Source: a virus (taxonomy: Duplodnaviria > Caudoviricetes). From it: DNA of 24,687 nt. The notes under the pieces were generated by a model that was not told the DNA's origin, did not search any database, and saw only the letters and a list, made by a program, of their open reading frames with translations. A program made the translations under genes and the position numbers. The stretch covers positions 1 to 24,687 of the IMG/VR virus record IMGVR_UViG_3300037760_000047. One strand, written 5' to 3'. Numbering within the stretch: position 1 is the stretch's first letter; each line of letters begins with the position of its first letter. This document shows, in pieces, positions 7,848-17,433 of the stretch.

Positions 7848-8417
7848 ATGTCCGAATCGAAGGCGCGAACGGCCCGCAAGACCGGCCTGCGCGCCCAGCT
7901 CGCCCGCAAGCGCGCCAAGGTCGTCACCGCCTATTTCCCGACCGACGAGGCCGGCGAGAAGGCCATGCAGCGGGTCGAGCAGGCGCAGAAGGAACTGCAG
8001 TTCGGCAACGTCATCAAGGCCCGGCAGGGCGAGAACAGCACGCTGGACATCGCCGCGCTGGAGCAGGCCGTCGCCGACGCGGAGGCAGAGCGGGACAAGC
8101 ACTGCCTGGCGTTGCGGTTCCGCGGACTGTCCGAGGATGAGCGGGACGCGCTGGCGTCGGAGTACCTGCCGGACGACATTCCCGCCGACGTCAAGGGCGA
8201 GGACCGGCGCAAGGCCGAAGAGGCCAACGCGGCGAAGGTCAAGGAGTGGACGTATCACGCCATGGCCGCCGCGGTGCTGGACTCGGATCTGACCGCCGAC
8301 GAGTGGAAGGCCGAGCTCACCTCTGAGCGTTGGTCGGCCGGCGACGTGATCACGTGCCGTGACGCGATCCAGCGGGCCTACGGGGCGCAGCCGGCAGACG
8401 GCATCCCAAAAGACTGA
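7848..8417 (+). CDS. Tail assembly chaperone (lambda gpG analogue)
   Basis: Between tail tube and tape measure genes; GAGGAG RBS; ends ...GIPKD* across a slippery heptamer. Confidence 0.82.
   Translation: MSESKARTARKTGLRAQLARKRAKVVTAYFPTDEAGEKAMQRVEQAQKELQFGNVIKARQGENSTLDIAALEQAVADAEAERDKHCLALRFRGLSEDERDALASEYLPDDIPADVKGEDRRKAEEANAAKVKEWTYHAMAAAVLDSDLTADEWKAELTSERWSAGDVITCRDAIQRAYGAQPADGIPKD
8405..8411 (+). other. Programmed -1 ribosomal frameshift site C CCA AAA
   Basis: X XXY YYZ heptamer in the correct phase just before the stop. The -1 frame reads PKRLRRDPLFRARMAYCGP... straight into ORF 8444-8740. Confidence 0.82.
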
Positions 8418-8740
8418 GGCGCGACCCGCTGTTCCGGGCGCGCATGGCCTACTGCGGGCCGCGCGGCATCCCACTGTCGGAGTTCCTGAACTGGCACCCG
8501 GACGATCAACAGTCCGCGCTGGCGTGGCAGTCGGAGGAGAACCTTCGCTGCCCCCGCTGCGGCACCGCCGATTGGGAGTGGGAGGCCGACCCGAACGCGT
8601 ATTCGGCCGAGGCGTATGTGTGCCGCGGCTGCAATATGCGCGGCCATGAAGAGAAGTCGATGTCCAAGGTGGCCGAGCACATGCCCGGCTTGGTGGTGCG
8701 GCTGACACCCAGGGAGGCGGTGACCGATGGCGACTCGTAA
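8405..8740 (+). CDS. Tail assembly chaperone frameshift extension (gpT analogue; track ORF 8444-8740) with CxxC...CxxC
   Basis: -1 frame relative to the upstream chaperone; GIPLSEFLNW...ALAW, CPRCG and CRGC motifs; overlaps the tape measure start. Confidence 0.78.
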   Translation, partial: PKRLRRDPLFRARMAYCGPRGIPLSEFLNWHPDDQQSALAWQSEENLRCPRCGTADWEWEADPNAYSAEAYVCRGCNMRGHEEKSMSKVAEHMPGLVVRLTPREAVTDGDS

Positions 8741-11700
8741 CGCTGATCTTCGGGTCACCATCGACGCCAACGCCGTCAAGCTCGAGCGGGAGTTGCAGCG
8801 CACCGCCCGGTCCATGACGACGCTCGAGCGGGAGATCAACAAGGGCAACCGTACGGCCGCGATGATGGAGCAGCAGCTGAACCAGCGCACCGCCGCCGCG
8901 TTGCGGAACGTCGGGCGCGGCATGGTCGTGTTCGGCGCTGCGGTGGCCGCCGGGCTTGGCCTGGCGGCCAAGGCCGCCATCGACTGGGAGTCCGCCTGGA
9001 CCGGCGTGCTCAAGACCGTCGAGGGCACGCCTGAACAGTTGGCGAAGGTGGAGAAGGGTCTTCGGGACCTGGCCACCACGCTACCTTCGTCGCATCGTGA
9101 GATCGCCGCCGTTGCCGAGGCTGCCGGCCAATTGGGCATCGCCACCGACGACGTGGTCGCGTTCACCCGAGTCATGGTCGATCTGGGCGAGACTACGAAC
9201 CTGACCGCCGAAGAGGCGGCCACGTCCATCGCGCAGATGATGAACGTGATGCAGACCGCCCCCGAGGATGTGGGGCGGCTCGGTGCGGCGCTTGTCGAGC
9301 TCGGCAATAACGGCGCCTCGACTGAGCGGGACATCCTGGAGATGGCGCAGCGGATCTCGGGTGCAGGCGCGATCATCGACTTGTCTGAGGCGGATGTGCT
9401 CGCGTTCGCCAATGCGCTGGCATCGGTCGGTATCGAGGCCGAGGCTGGCGGTACGGCTTTGTCCACTGCCATGGTCAAGATGGCTGACGCGGTGGCGTCC
9501 GGCGGCGATTCGGTAGCCGAGTTCGCTGAAGTCGCGGGCATGTCCGCGGAAGAGTTCACCCAGGCGTTCGAGACGGACCCGGCCCGTGCCGTCCAGGCGT
9601 TCGTGGAGGGTCTGGGTCGGATTGACGCTGCGGGCGGGAACGTGTTCGCCACGCTCGATACTCTCGGGTTGGGCACGATCCGCACCCGTGACGCGATGCT
9701 GCGCCTGGCCGGTTCGGGCGATCTACTGGGTCAGTCGCTGGACGACGGCGCACGGGCGTGGGCAGAGAACACCGCGCTGATCGAAGAGGCCGAGAAGCGG
9801 TACGACACCGCCGAGGCGAAGATCGCCATAGCTCGCAACACACTGGTCGATCTGGCCATCGACGTGGGCAACGTGCTGCTTCCGGCGATCGCCGGGCTGG
9901 CCGAATCCGCAGCGGACCTGGTCAAGTGGTTCTCGGACCTGCCCGGGCCGGTCAAGACCGTGGCAACGATCCTGGCGGGCCTGGTGGGCACCGTGTCGCT
10001 GCTCGGCGGCGGGTTCCTCCTGATGGCCCCGAAGATCGCCGCCGCACGGGTCGAGTTGCAGCTGCTGTCCACGACCATGCCGGGGCTGGCCACGGCGATG
10101 CGCGGGTTCACCCTGGCCATCCCGGTGATCGGTGTGCTGCTGGCCGCCGCCGCGGGGATCGCCGCTATCGCCGGAGCGTCGAAGGAGGCCGCACCGCCGG
10201 TCTCCGACGCGACGAAGGCGCTGCTGGACTTGTCCGGCGGGTTGAGCAACGAACTGATCCGGGGCACGGTCGACGCTGCTGCGGCGATGCAGCGGTTCGG
10301 GGAGTTGGCCAAGGACAGCATCACCCCCGAGGGCGTCATCGCGGCCACTGACGAGCTGAACCGGGTGACCGGCGAGTTCGAGCGGAACATCGGGGCGATG
10401 GACACCGCGCTGGCTGAGCTGGTCGCCGGCGGCAACTCTGAGCAGGCCGAGGACGCGTTCAACGCGCTCGCGGCGGCTATGAAGGAGCAGGGCATCGGGG
10501 TCCGCGACCTTCGCGAGATGATGCCTGGCTACTCGCAGGCGCTGCAGGAGGCGGAGAATCAGCAGCGGCTGACCACCGAGTCGGTCGATCCGTTAAAGGA
10601 CGCGCTGGCCGAGTTGGCCACTCAGTACGGTTTGACCGGTGACGATGCGGCCAAGGCAGCTCAGGAGATGCTCGACTCGTGGTCCGAAGCCGCATCTGAT
10701 TTCTTCAGCTTTGCCGACGCCTACGACACCGCGTTGACTGCCAAGGAGGAGGCCGAGAAGGAGACGGCGATCGCCACCGCGGAGGCCACCGAGGACGCCA
10801 CCGACTCGTGGGAGGACTTCGTCGCCGACGTCACGCTTAGTGTCGACGACTACCTCGCCGAGTTGGATCGCCAGGTCAAGGCGCAGGAGGACTGGGAAGC
10901 CAACCTGTTGACCATCGCCGGGCGGGTGCCCGGCGCGATGTTCAACGAACTGGTGGCGATGGGTCCGGCCGGTGCGGACGCGGTCGCGCTCATGGCCGAG
11001 ATGACCGACGAGGAACTGAACACGGCGGTCGGCGCGTGGACCCGCACCACCGGGGAGGGCGCGGACGCCATTGCCGACCGGCTGGCCGAGGCCGGCCCGG
11101 TGTTGGCGCAGATCGCGGCCGACCACGGCCAGAAGATAGCCAACAAGGTCCGCGACCACATGATAAAGAACGGCGTCGGCGTCTTCGATGCGGCGAAGGC
11201 CCTGGATGTCCGCATCGACAGGGGCTTGCGGCCGGGCAAGAACCGCAACATCCCGGTCAAGATGGTCGGTAAGGCGCAACTGCTGCGCAACCTGGGCGAC
11301 GTGCAGGGTGCTATCAGCGCGCTGAAGGGCAAGACCATCACCGTCACCGCGAGCGGCGACGTGCGCGTGACTGGGCCGGGTTACTCGGGCCGGGTCGCCA
11401 CCGGCGGCGAGATCCGCGGGCCGGGCGGACCCACGGCCGACCGTGCCGGATTGTTCGCGCTGTCCGACCGCGAGTGGGTCATTCGCGCGGCTGCGGCCGG
11501 CAAGTACGGCCCGAAGGCCATGGCCGCCATCAATGCCGGCTTGGCGCAGATTCTGCTGCCCGGCGAGGGTGGCCGACAGGTCACGGTCAAGGCCAAGGGC
11601 AATCTGGACGCTACGGACTTCAACCGGCTCGGGCAGAACGTCGCGGTGGCCGCGTACAAGCAGTCGGCGGGTTCACCGGCCTTTGCCGGCAAGGTGTTGC

Positions 11701-12266
11701 CGCCGGGGTCGTACCGGATCGGGCGCGGCCCGGCTGGGCACGGCTACAACGCTCGCGACCTGCCCGCACCGATCGGCACCCCCGTCTACGCCGCCGCGTC
11801 CGGGATCGTGTCGCAGGCGGCCAGGCTGGCCACCTCGTACGGCATTCACGCCGCGATCTCGCACGCCGGCTGGCGGTCGCTGTACGCGCACATGTCGCAG
11901 ATGTACGTGCGCACCGGGCAGCAGGTCACCCGCGGCCAGATGATCGGCCGGGTCGGCTCGACCGGCAACTCGACGGGCCCGCACCTGCACCTGGAGCCGG
12001 ACAACCCGCGGCTGTATGACCGGGGCGGCAAGTGGGCGCACGGCACGTTCGGGTTCAACGGCTCCGGCGGCACCGAGTATGTGTTGTCGCCGCAGCAGTC
12101 GCGGCTGTTCGACCGGTTCGTCTCGACGATGGAACGCCCGCGCGGCGGCGACGGGGCAGCGCTGCGCATCACCGGCGACGGCCCCGCGTTCGAGTGGATC
12201 GCTAAGGGTGTGCGTACCGGCCAGTTGCGGCTGAGGGCGAACGGCACCCCGGTGAAGGTGGCTTGA
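8727..12266 (+). CDS. Tail tape measure protein (TP901-like core) with C-terminal M23 peptidase domain
   Basis: 1179 aa, Ala-rich and helical; AAIDWESAWTGVLKTV and AEAGGTALS core motifs. C-terminal DLPAPIGTPVYAAASG...LYAHMS...GQMIGRVGSTGNSTGPHLHLE (~11690-11996). Confidence 0.93.
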   Translation: MATRNADLRVTIDANAVKLERELQRTARSMTTLEREINKGNRTAAMMEQQLNQRTAAALRNVGRGMVVFGAAVAAGLGLAAKAAIDWESAWTGVLKTVEGTPEQLAKVEKGLRDLATTLPSSHREIAAVAEAAGQLGIATDDVVAFTRVMVDLGETTNLTAEEAATSIAQMMNVMQTAPEDVGRLGAALVELGNNGASTERDILEMAQRISGAGAIIDLSEADVLAFANALASVGIEAEAGGTALSTAMVKMADAVASGGDSVAEFAEVAGMSAEEFTQAFETDPARAVQAFVEGLGRIDAAGGNVFATLDTLGLGTIRTRDAMLRLAGSGDLLGQSLDDGARAWAENTALIEEAEKRYDTAEAKIAIARNTLVDLAIDVGNVLLPAIAGLAESAADLVKWFSDLPGPVKTVATILAGLVGTVSLLGGGFLLMAPKIAAARVELQLLSTTMPGLATAMRGFTLAIPVIGVLLAAAAGIAAIAGASKEAAPPVSDATKALLDLSGGLSNELIRGTVDAAAAMQRFGELAKDSITPEGVIAATDELNRVTGEFERNIGAMDTALAELVAGGNSEQAEDAFNALAAAMKEQGIGVRDLREMMPGYSQALQEAENQQRLTTESVDPLKDALAELATQYGLTGDDAAKAAQEMLDSWSEAASDFFSFADAYDTALTAKEEAEKETAIATAEATEDATDSWEDFVADVTLSVDDYLAELDRQVKAQEDWEANLLTIAGRVPGAMFNELVAMGPAGADAVALMAEMTDEELNTAVGAWTRTTGEGADAIADRLAEAGPVLAQIAADHGQKIANKVRDHMIKNGVGVFDAAKALDVRIDRGLRPGKNRNIPVKMVGKAQLLRNLGDVQGAISALKGKTITVTASGDVRVTGPGYSGRVATGGEIRGPGGPTADRAGLFALSDREWVIRAAAAGKYGPKAMAAINAGLAQILLPGEGGRQVTVKAKGNLDATDFNRLGQNVAVAAYKQSAGSPAFAGKVLPPGSYRIGRGPAGHGYNARDLPAPIGTPVYAAASGIVSQAARLATSYGIHAAISHAGWRSLYAHMSQMYVRTGQQVTRGQMIGRVGSTGNSTGPHLHLEPDNPRLYDRGGKWAHGTFGFNGSGGTEYVLSPQQSRLFDRFVSTMERPRGGDGAALRITGDGPAFEWIAKGVRTGQLRLRANGTPVKVA

Positions 12267-12267
12267 C

Positions 12268-15018
12268 ATGGGTCTGCCGATGGATGAGGTCGACGTCGAG
12301 ATCGCACCGGGCGCGGACCTGTCGGCCGACCCGTCGACGTGGACGTGGGTGGGTTTGTGCGAACCGTCAGCCGATTACCCGAACGGCAGGGTTCAGCGGC
12401 CGGTCACTGTTCACGCGGGCCGCGAGTCCGAAGGCTCGTCGTCGGGCCCATCTTGGTGCGAGTTGACGGTTCGCAACGAGGATGGGGCCTTCACCCCGGC
12501 GAATCCGACCGGGCCGTGGTATGGGCTGCTGGATAAGGGCACGCCGCTGCGGGTCACGTGGTCGACGTCGGAGCGGTTTTCGGGGTTCATCTCCGAGTTG
12601 CCGACGACGTGGCTGGGGGTCGTGGACAACTCGCGGGTGCGGGTCCGCGCCGACGGGGTGACACGCCGACTCGGTCAGGGCGCGGAGGCGCTGCGCTCGG
12701 CCGCGTTCCGGTCGCTGTCCAATCATCCCAACGTGGTGGCGTATTGGTCGTGTGAGGAGAACTCGGGTGCGACGCAGGCGTCGTCGCCGATCGAGGGTGT
12801 GAAGCCGTGGCGGATGCCCGCCGACTTCGGCGCGATCGACGGGCCGCCGGGCTCGGATCAACTGGCGTTGTCGCCGTTGGGTTCGTCTTCCAAGGCGGCC
12901 CCGGTGCCGAACCACACGCCGGGGGACGCGTATGTGGTGGAGCAGGCGTGGCGGATCGATGAGGACGAGTCGGCGGCGCGGCACATGTTGCACGTGTTCA
13001 CCACGTCGGCGACCCTGGCGCATTGGCTGATCTACATCGACGACACGAACCTCGGTGTGCGGGCTTGGGACGCCGACGATGTGCTGGTGGTCGACGACAC
13101 CGAGGCGTTGGATCACAGCCTGTTCGGGCAGTGGCTGCGGGTGGAGCTGCGATTTCGCACCAATAGCACATCCGTCTCATGGGAAGCGTCGATCACAGTC
13201 GCCGAGGCCGACGGCGCGGTACTGAACAGCATCACTGGCACAGAACTGAGTTCGGCCAAGGGCCGAGTCGTGAAGGTCGGCAGTGATGGCGGGGTGTCCA
13301 GCCAGGACCGCTACTTCGGGCATCTGGCGGTGTTGACCGGCACGGCGACGGAGTTGCCACTGTTTGATTCGTGGACTCCGCTCTCCCCCGAGGACCGGCA
13401 CGCCCCGTACCACGGCTTCACTGGCGAGTTGGCGGCGGACAGGTTCGAGCGGCTGTGCAGCGAAGAGGGCCTGTCGTGCACGGTGTTGGCCCCGACGGGC
13501 GGGTTGTATGTGGATGCGGTCGCGGCAGACAATGCATCCGCTTCGGATGCTGCCGCGCTGGACATCACCGGCGATATCGATGTGCGGGCCTGGATCAGCC
13601 CCGAATGGGGCGCGACCGCAACGGTGGCCGACAAGTACGAGACGGCCACCGACGACAGGTCGTGGCGGCTGCAGGTTTCCACTGACGGGGTTCGGCTGGT
13701 GTGGTCGACCGACGGCACCGCCGGCGCCACGTCCATCTCCAACTGGTTCCCGTTGGTGCCGCTGCCCCCGGATGGGGCGTCAACCGCTGTTCGCGTCACT
13801 CTGGATGTGAACAACGGCGCGGGCAGTCACGTCGTCACCGCGTACAGCGGACTATCGCTAGACGGGCCGTGGACCGAGGTCGGCTCGCAGACCGTTGCCG
13901 GCACCACGTCCATCTTCTCGAGCGACGCCGCCCTGGTGATCGCGCCGGACGAGTTTCTGTCCGGCTTCGTTCACGCCGTCCGCGTCTACAACGGAATCGC
14001 AGGCACCATCGCCGCCGACCCCGACTTCACCGCCCAAGCCGTCGGCGCCACCAGCTTCGACGACGACGCAGGCAACACGTGGACGATCAACGGCGACGCG
14101 GCCATCGTCCGCGCCGACGACACGATGCCGATGGGGCCGCAGCAGATCGACACCCTCGTGGCGAACTTCCAGGACGTGGCGCAGGCTGACGGCGGCATCC
14201 TGACCGACCTGACATACCGCACCCGCACGCACGTCTACAACCAGACCCCGGTCGAGATCGAGTTCTGTGACCTGAACGGCGCCCCCGAACTGTCCGACGA
14301 CGACCAGTCCACCCGCAACGACGTGACCGTCGCACGTCACGGCGGCACGTCGGTCAGGCTGGTCGACGCTGATCACATCGCCCGCTACGGCAGGTATGAC
14401 GAATCGGTCACCCTGAACCTGGCAAGCGATGACGATGCGTTGCAGATGGCTGGGTGGCGGCTCGGCATCGGCACCACCGAGGCGGCGCGCTGGCCGATCG
14501 TCCCGCTGATGATCAGCACCGAGACGCAGCATCTGCTGGCCGACTGGCTGGCGCTGCGGATAGGCGACAGGATCACGATTCCGCACGATGTGCCGCAACT
14601 GCCCGGCGTCGAGGTCGACCTGCTGGTGCAGGGCTGGACGGAGACGATCTACTCGCGTCGCGCCGAGCGCACCCTCAACTGTGTCCCGGCCTCCCCGTAC
14701 AACGTGGCGGTGCTCGGCACGGCCCGGTTCGACACCGCAGGGTCGACTACGTCGGGCAGCTTCGTCGCCGGCACGGGCACGTCGCTGACGGTGGTCACCG
14801 CGGCGGGCAGTAGGCCGTGGGTGAACTCGTCGGACCACGCCTCGGAGTTCCCGCTCCGGATCAAGGTTTCGGGTGTGGTGTTGAACGTGACCGCCATCTC
14901 GGGGTCCACGTCGCCGCAAGCCTTCACCGTCGACGCCGCCACGGTGAACGGTGTCGAGAAGACCATTCCTTCCGGGTCGGCGGTGGCGCTGGCCGATACC
15001 CCCGTGTTCGCGTTGTGA
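12268..15018 (+). CDS. Large minor tail / tail-tip protein with LamG/ConA-like domains
   Basis: Immediately after tape measure. N-terminal GRESE...CELTVRNEDGAFTPANPTGPWYG and VAYWSCEE; LDITGDIDVRAW lectin-like module; C-terminal RNDVTV...GRYDESVTLNL and LNCVPASPYNVA. Confidence 0.8.
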   Translation: MGLPMDEVDVEIAPGADLSADPSTWTWVGLCEPSADYPNGRVQRPVTVHAGRESEGSSSGPSWCELTVRNEDGAFTPANPTGPWYGLLDKGTPLRVTWSTSERFSGFISELPTTWLGVVDNSRVRVRADGVTRRLGQGAEALRSAAFRSLSNHPNVVAYWSCEENSGATQASSPIEGVKPWRMPADFGAIDGPPGSDQLALSPLGSSSKAAPVPNHTPGDAYVVEQAWRIDEDESAARHMLHVFTTSATLAHWLIYIDDTNLGVRAWDADDVLVVDDTEALDHSLFGQWLRVELRFRTNSTSVSWEASITVAEADGAVLNSITGTELSSAKGRVVKVGSDGGVSSQDRYFGHLAVLTGTATELPLFDSWTPLSPEDRHAPYHGFTGELAADRFERLCSEEGLSCTVLAPTGGLYVDAVAADNASASDAAALDITGDIDVRAWISPEWGATATVADKYETATDDRSWRLQVSTDGVRLVWSTDGTAGATSISNWFPLVPLPPDGASTAVRVTLDVNNGAGSHVVTAYSGLSLDGPWTEVGSQTVAGTTSIFSSDAALVIAPDEFLSGFVHAVRVYNGIAGTIAADPDFTAQAVGATSFDDDAGNTWTINGDAAIVRADDTMPMGPQQIDTLVANFQDVAQADGGILTDLTYRTRTHVYNQTPVEIEFCDLNGAPELSDDDQSTRNDVTVARHGGTSVRLVDADHIARYGRYDESVTLNLASDDDALQMAGWRLGIGTTEAARWPIVPLMISTETQHLLADWLALRIGDRITIPHDVPQLPGVEVDLLVQGWTETIYSRRAERTLNCVPASPYNVAVLGTARFDTAGSTTSGSFVAGTGTSLTVVTAAGSRPWVNSSDHASEFPLRIKVSGVVLNVTAISGSTSPQAFTVDAATVNGVEKTIPSGSAVALADTPVFAL

Positions 15019-15030
15019 TGGAGGCTGCTC

Positions 15031-15531
15031 GTGGCGCATGACGACCCGTACGCCGGTAAGACCATCGACGCCGACTGGGCGTACTACACCAGCGTCTCTA
15101 ACGCCTACGCCGCGGCGCTGACCGCGACGACGACGAACCCGAACCTGGGCGCAGACGGCACCTCTGTCGGTTCTTATCACCGCAGCGGGCATTTGATCAC
15201 CGGGTTCGCACAATTCTTCTTCTCCGGGGCCGGGCTCAGCGCCGGGAGCGGCGCGTACGAGATATCCCTACCGTTCAATGCCGACACCTCGGTCATGGTG
15301 GCGAGCACGCTGGTCGGCGCGGGCGCACAGATCGGGACCGGGTTCCTGCGGGACTCCGAACCGACCACGGGTCACTTGATCGTGAATGTTCAGCTGGTGT
15401 CGGCGAGCGCGGTGCGGCTGATCCGGTCGGCCAGTAACGGCGCGGTCACGAACGCCACCCCGTTCACGTGGGCCACGGGGGACCGCATATCGATCAACTT
15501 CAGCTACGTGGCCGACCCGGCCGTGCTGTAG
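15031..15531 (+). CDS. Minor tail protein / short fibre or receptor-binding-like domain
   Basis: GGAGG RBS. Beta-rich small-residue sequence with NPNLG...GSYHRSG...GAYEISLPF...PFTWATGDRISINFSY, resembling phage fibre tip domains. Confidence 0.65.
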   Translation: MAHDDPYAGKTIDADWAYYTSVSNAYAAALTATTTNPNLGADGTSVGSYHRSGHLITGFAQFFFSGAGLSAGSGAYEISLPFNADTSVMVASTLVGAGAQIGTGFLRDSEPTTGHLIVNVQLVSASAVRLIRSASNGAVTNATPFTWATGDRISINFSYVADPAVL

Positions 15532-15556
15532 ACCACCGACGAGTCAAGGGGGAACC

Positions 15557-15781
15557 ATGGCTGAGCCGCAGCCCGGCGCGATCGTCGTCTACGACGGCGA
15601 ACGCCGTGTGGTGGTCGACGTCGTCGACTATCGAGATGAGGACGACGGCGGCACCCAGGACGTGTTCTGCGTGTTGCGCCGGCCCGACGACGACCCGCTG
15701 CGCCGCACCGACGACGAGGGCGGCGACATCGACATCTGGTCCGCGCCGGCATCCGAGTGTGAAGTGATCGGGCACATCTGA
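15557..15781 (+). CDS. Small acidic hypothetical protein
   Basis: AAGGGGG RBS; 74 aa; TGATG-coupled to the endolysin. Confidence 0.65.
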   Translation: MAEPQPGAIVVYDGERRVVVDVVDYRDEDDGGTQDVFCVLRRPDDDPLRRTDDEGGDIDIWSAPASECEVIGHI

Positions 15782-16794
15782 TGACCACGATCAGCGCCGA
15801 GCGTAACGGGTTGGCGAAGGTCGGGCTGACGCTGCGGCGGCGGGAGCAGTGGGGTGCGAGGCGTAGCTACACCGACTCGCGTACGGTCAACGAGCCTGCA
15901 ACTCGAGTCTTTGTTCATATAACCATTACTGAACCGTCGAACTACAACAGCCGCGATGCGCACGCCCGCGCGGTGGAGTCCATCGGCATCTCACGTTTCC
16001 CGGCGACCGGCATCTCGTACAACCGGATGGTGTTCGCCGGCACGGACACGATCTACGAGGCGCAGCCGATCGGTCGGCGCGGCGCGCACACCGTCAACGA
16101 CTTCCGCCGATCGCAGTGTTCGACGTCGGGCTGCCCTGGCCGCACAGCGTCGCTGACTGCGCCGTCGTGGAACCTGAACTACAACGCCCGCGCCTACGTG
16201 ATCTGCCAGAACACCCAGCACACCGTCACGGATCAGATGGTGACGGCGCTGGCCCGGGCGATCGCCGCCGACGCAAGGGCCGGGTTCGTCACCGAGTATG
16301 CGGCGCTGCGCCCGCACGGCCACCGCTGCGTGTCGGCCAAGTCATGCCCCGGGAATCTGATGTGGGCCAAGATGGGCTCGCTCAAGACGAAGATCGCCGT
16401 GTTCCTGTCCAAGCCCGCCACCATCGGCGGCGGCGGCTCCGGCGGCACCACCATCCCTGACCCGACCGTGCCCGGCGGGTTCGACCCCGAGGAGGACGAC
16501 ATGCCTGCACTGAAGGACATGGACGCTGATGACCGCAAGGCTCTGCGGGAGGCGCTGCACGGCCAGAACCTGTTCACCGGCAACCGCATCGTCAAGGGCA
16601 CCGACAAGAACGAGGACTGGCACTGGCGCACCCTGCTGGCGCGGCAGGAAGCGAACACGGCGCTGCTGGCGCAGGTGGTCGGCAACGACCCCGGTAACTC
16701 GCTGTCGGCCGAGCAGGTGAAGGCCATCGTGGAGCAGGCCATCGTCGACAACGTGATCAAGGTCGACGTGTCCATCGAGGGTGCACCGGAGTAG
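15781..16794 (+). CDS. Endolysin, N-acetylmuramoyl-L-alanine amidase (Amidase_2/PGRP-like)
   Basis: RREQWGAR, VFVHIT, GISYN, RGAHT, HGHR...KSCPG Zn-amidase motifs; Gly/Pro linker; helical C-terminal domain. Confidence 0.88.
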   Translation: MTTISAERNGLAKVGLTLRRREQWGARRSYTDSRTVNEPATRVFVHITITEPSNYNSRDAHARAVESIGISRFPATGISYNRMVFAGTDTIYEAQPIGRRGAHTVNDFRRSQCSTSGCPGRTASLTAPSWNLNYNARAYVICQNTQHTVTDQMVTALARAIAADARAGFVTEYAALRPHGHRCVSAKSCPGNLMWAKMGSLKTKIAVFLSKPATIGGGGSGGTTIPDPTVPGGFDPEEDDMPALKDMDADDRKALREALHGQNLFTGNRIVKGTDKNEDWHWRTLLARQEANTALLAQVVGNDPGNSLSAEQVKAIVEQAIVDNVIKVDVSIEGAPE

Positions 16795-16806
16795 ACGGGG
16801 CTTGCG

Positions 16807-17019
16807 GTGGCCGTCGTGCGGCGTAGGGCGCTGCGCACGATCCGCGGCGCCGCACCCGATCGCGGCGTGTGCGTGGTGTGCGGCAAGGACTACCCGCTGG
16901 CGTTCGCTACCGGCTACATCAAGCGGCACCGCGTGAACGGGGAGCCGTGCGCGGGGGGTGCCCGGCCGCCTGCTGGGTCGGCGGCCGAGCAGACCGTGCA
17001 CACCGACGAGCGACTCTGA
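16807..17019 (+). CDS. Small putative Zn-finger protein
   Basis: RGVCVVCGK...IKRH...EPCAGG gives a CxxC/H/C ligand set. Fills the gap between lysin and the next gene; weak RBS. Confidence 0.55.
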   Translation: MAVVRRRALRTIRGAAPDRGVCVVCGKDYPLAFATGYIKRHRVNGEPCAGGARPPAGSAAEQTVHTDERL

Positions 17020-17037
17020 GCGGGGGGGAGCAAATGC

Positions 17038-17433
17038 GTGGAGCTTCCAGAGTGGTCCACCCTCATCCCCGGCGCGGGATTCTTCGGGCTGCTGGTATTC
17101 CTGGTCGTCCATCTGATGCGCCAGGCCTCCGGCGACCGCGGCGATTACCAGCAGGTGTTGCGCGGCCTCCGCGAGCAGCACGCTGACGAGATGCGAGAAG
17201 AGCGGCTGGGACACGCCGCGGAGATCCGGGAGCTCACCACCCGGCATGACGCCCAGATCCAGGATCTTCGCTCGCAGATAGGTGTGCTGCGGGCTGAAGT
17301 CATTGATCTGCGCGAGGACGTCGAGCAGGAACGTCAGGCACGCTGGGCCGCCGAGGATGCCGCCGCCCGCTACCGGCGCATGATCAACGGCGGTGGCGAT
17401 GCTGTAGAGGGCGGTACCGATGATCAGACGTAA
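17038..17433 (+). CDS. Membrane protein with N-terminal TM helix and coiled coil (lysis-cassette, holin-like)
   Basis: [19 protein letters not shown] hydrophobic segment followed by a heptad-rich charged helix; G-rich RBS; downstream of endolysin. Confidence 0.7.
   Translation: MELPEWSTLIPGAGFFGLLVFLVVHLMRQASGDRGDYQQVLRGLREQHADEMREERLGHAAEIRELTTRHDAQIQDLRSQIGVLRAEVIDLREDVEQERQARWAAEDAAARYRRMINGGGDAVEGGTDDQT

Noticed and set aside
6840-8708. 622-aa minus-strand ORF
   Set aside because: Antisense shadow of the tail tube and chaperone genes. Only its last 46 codons (Arc) look real and they have their own promoter.
17022-17028. G7 homopolymer as a phase-variation tract
   Set aside because: Short, intergenic and adequately explained as part of the RBS of the next gene.
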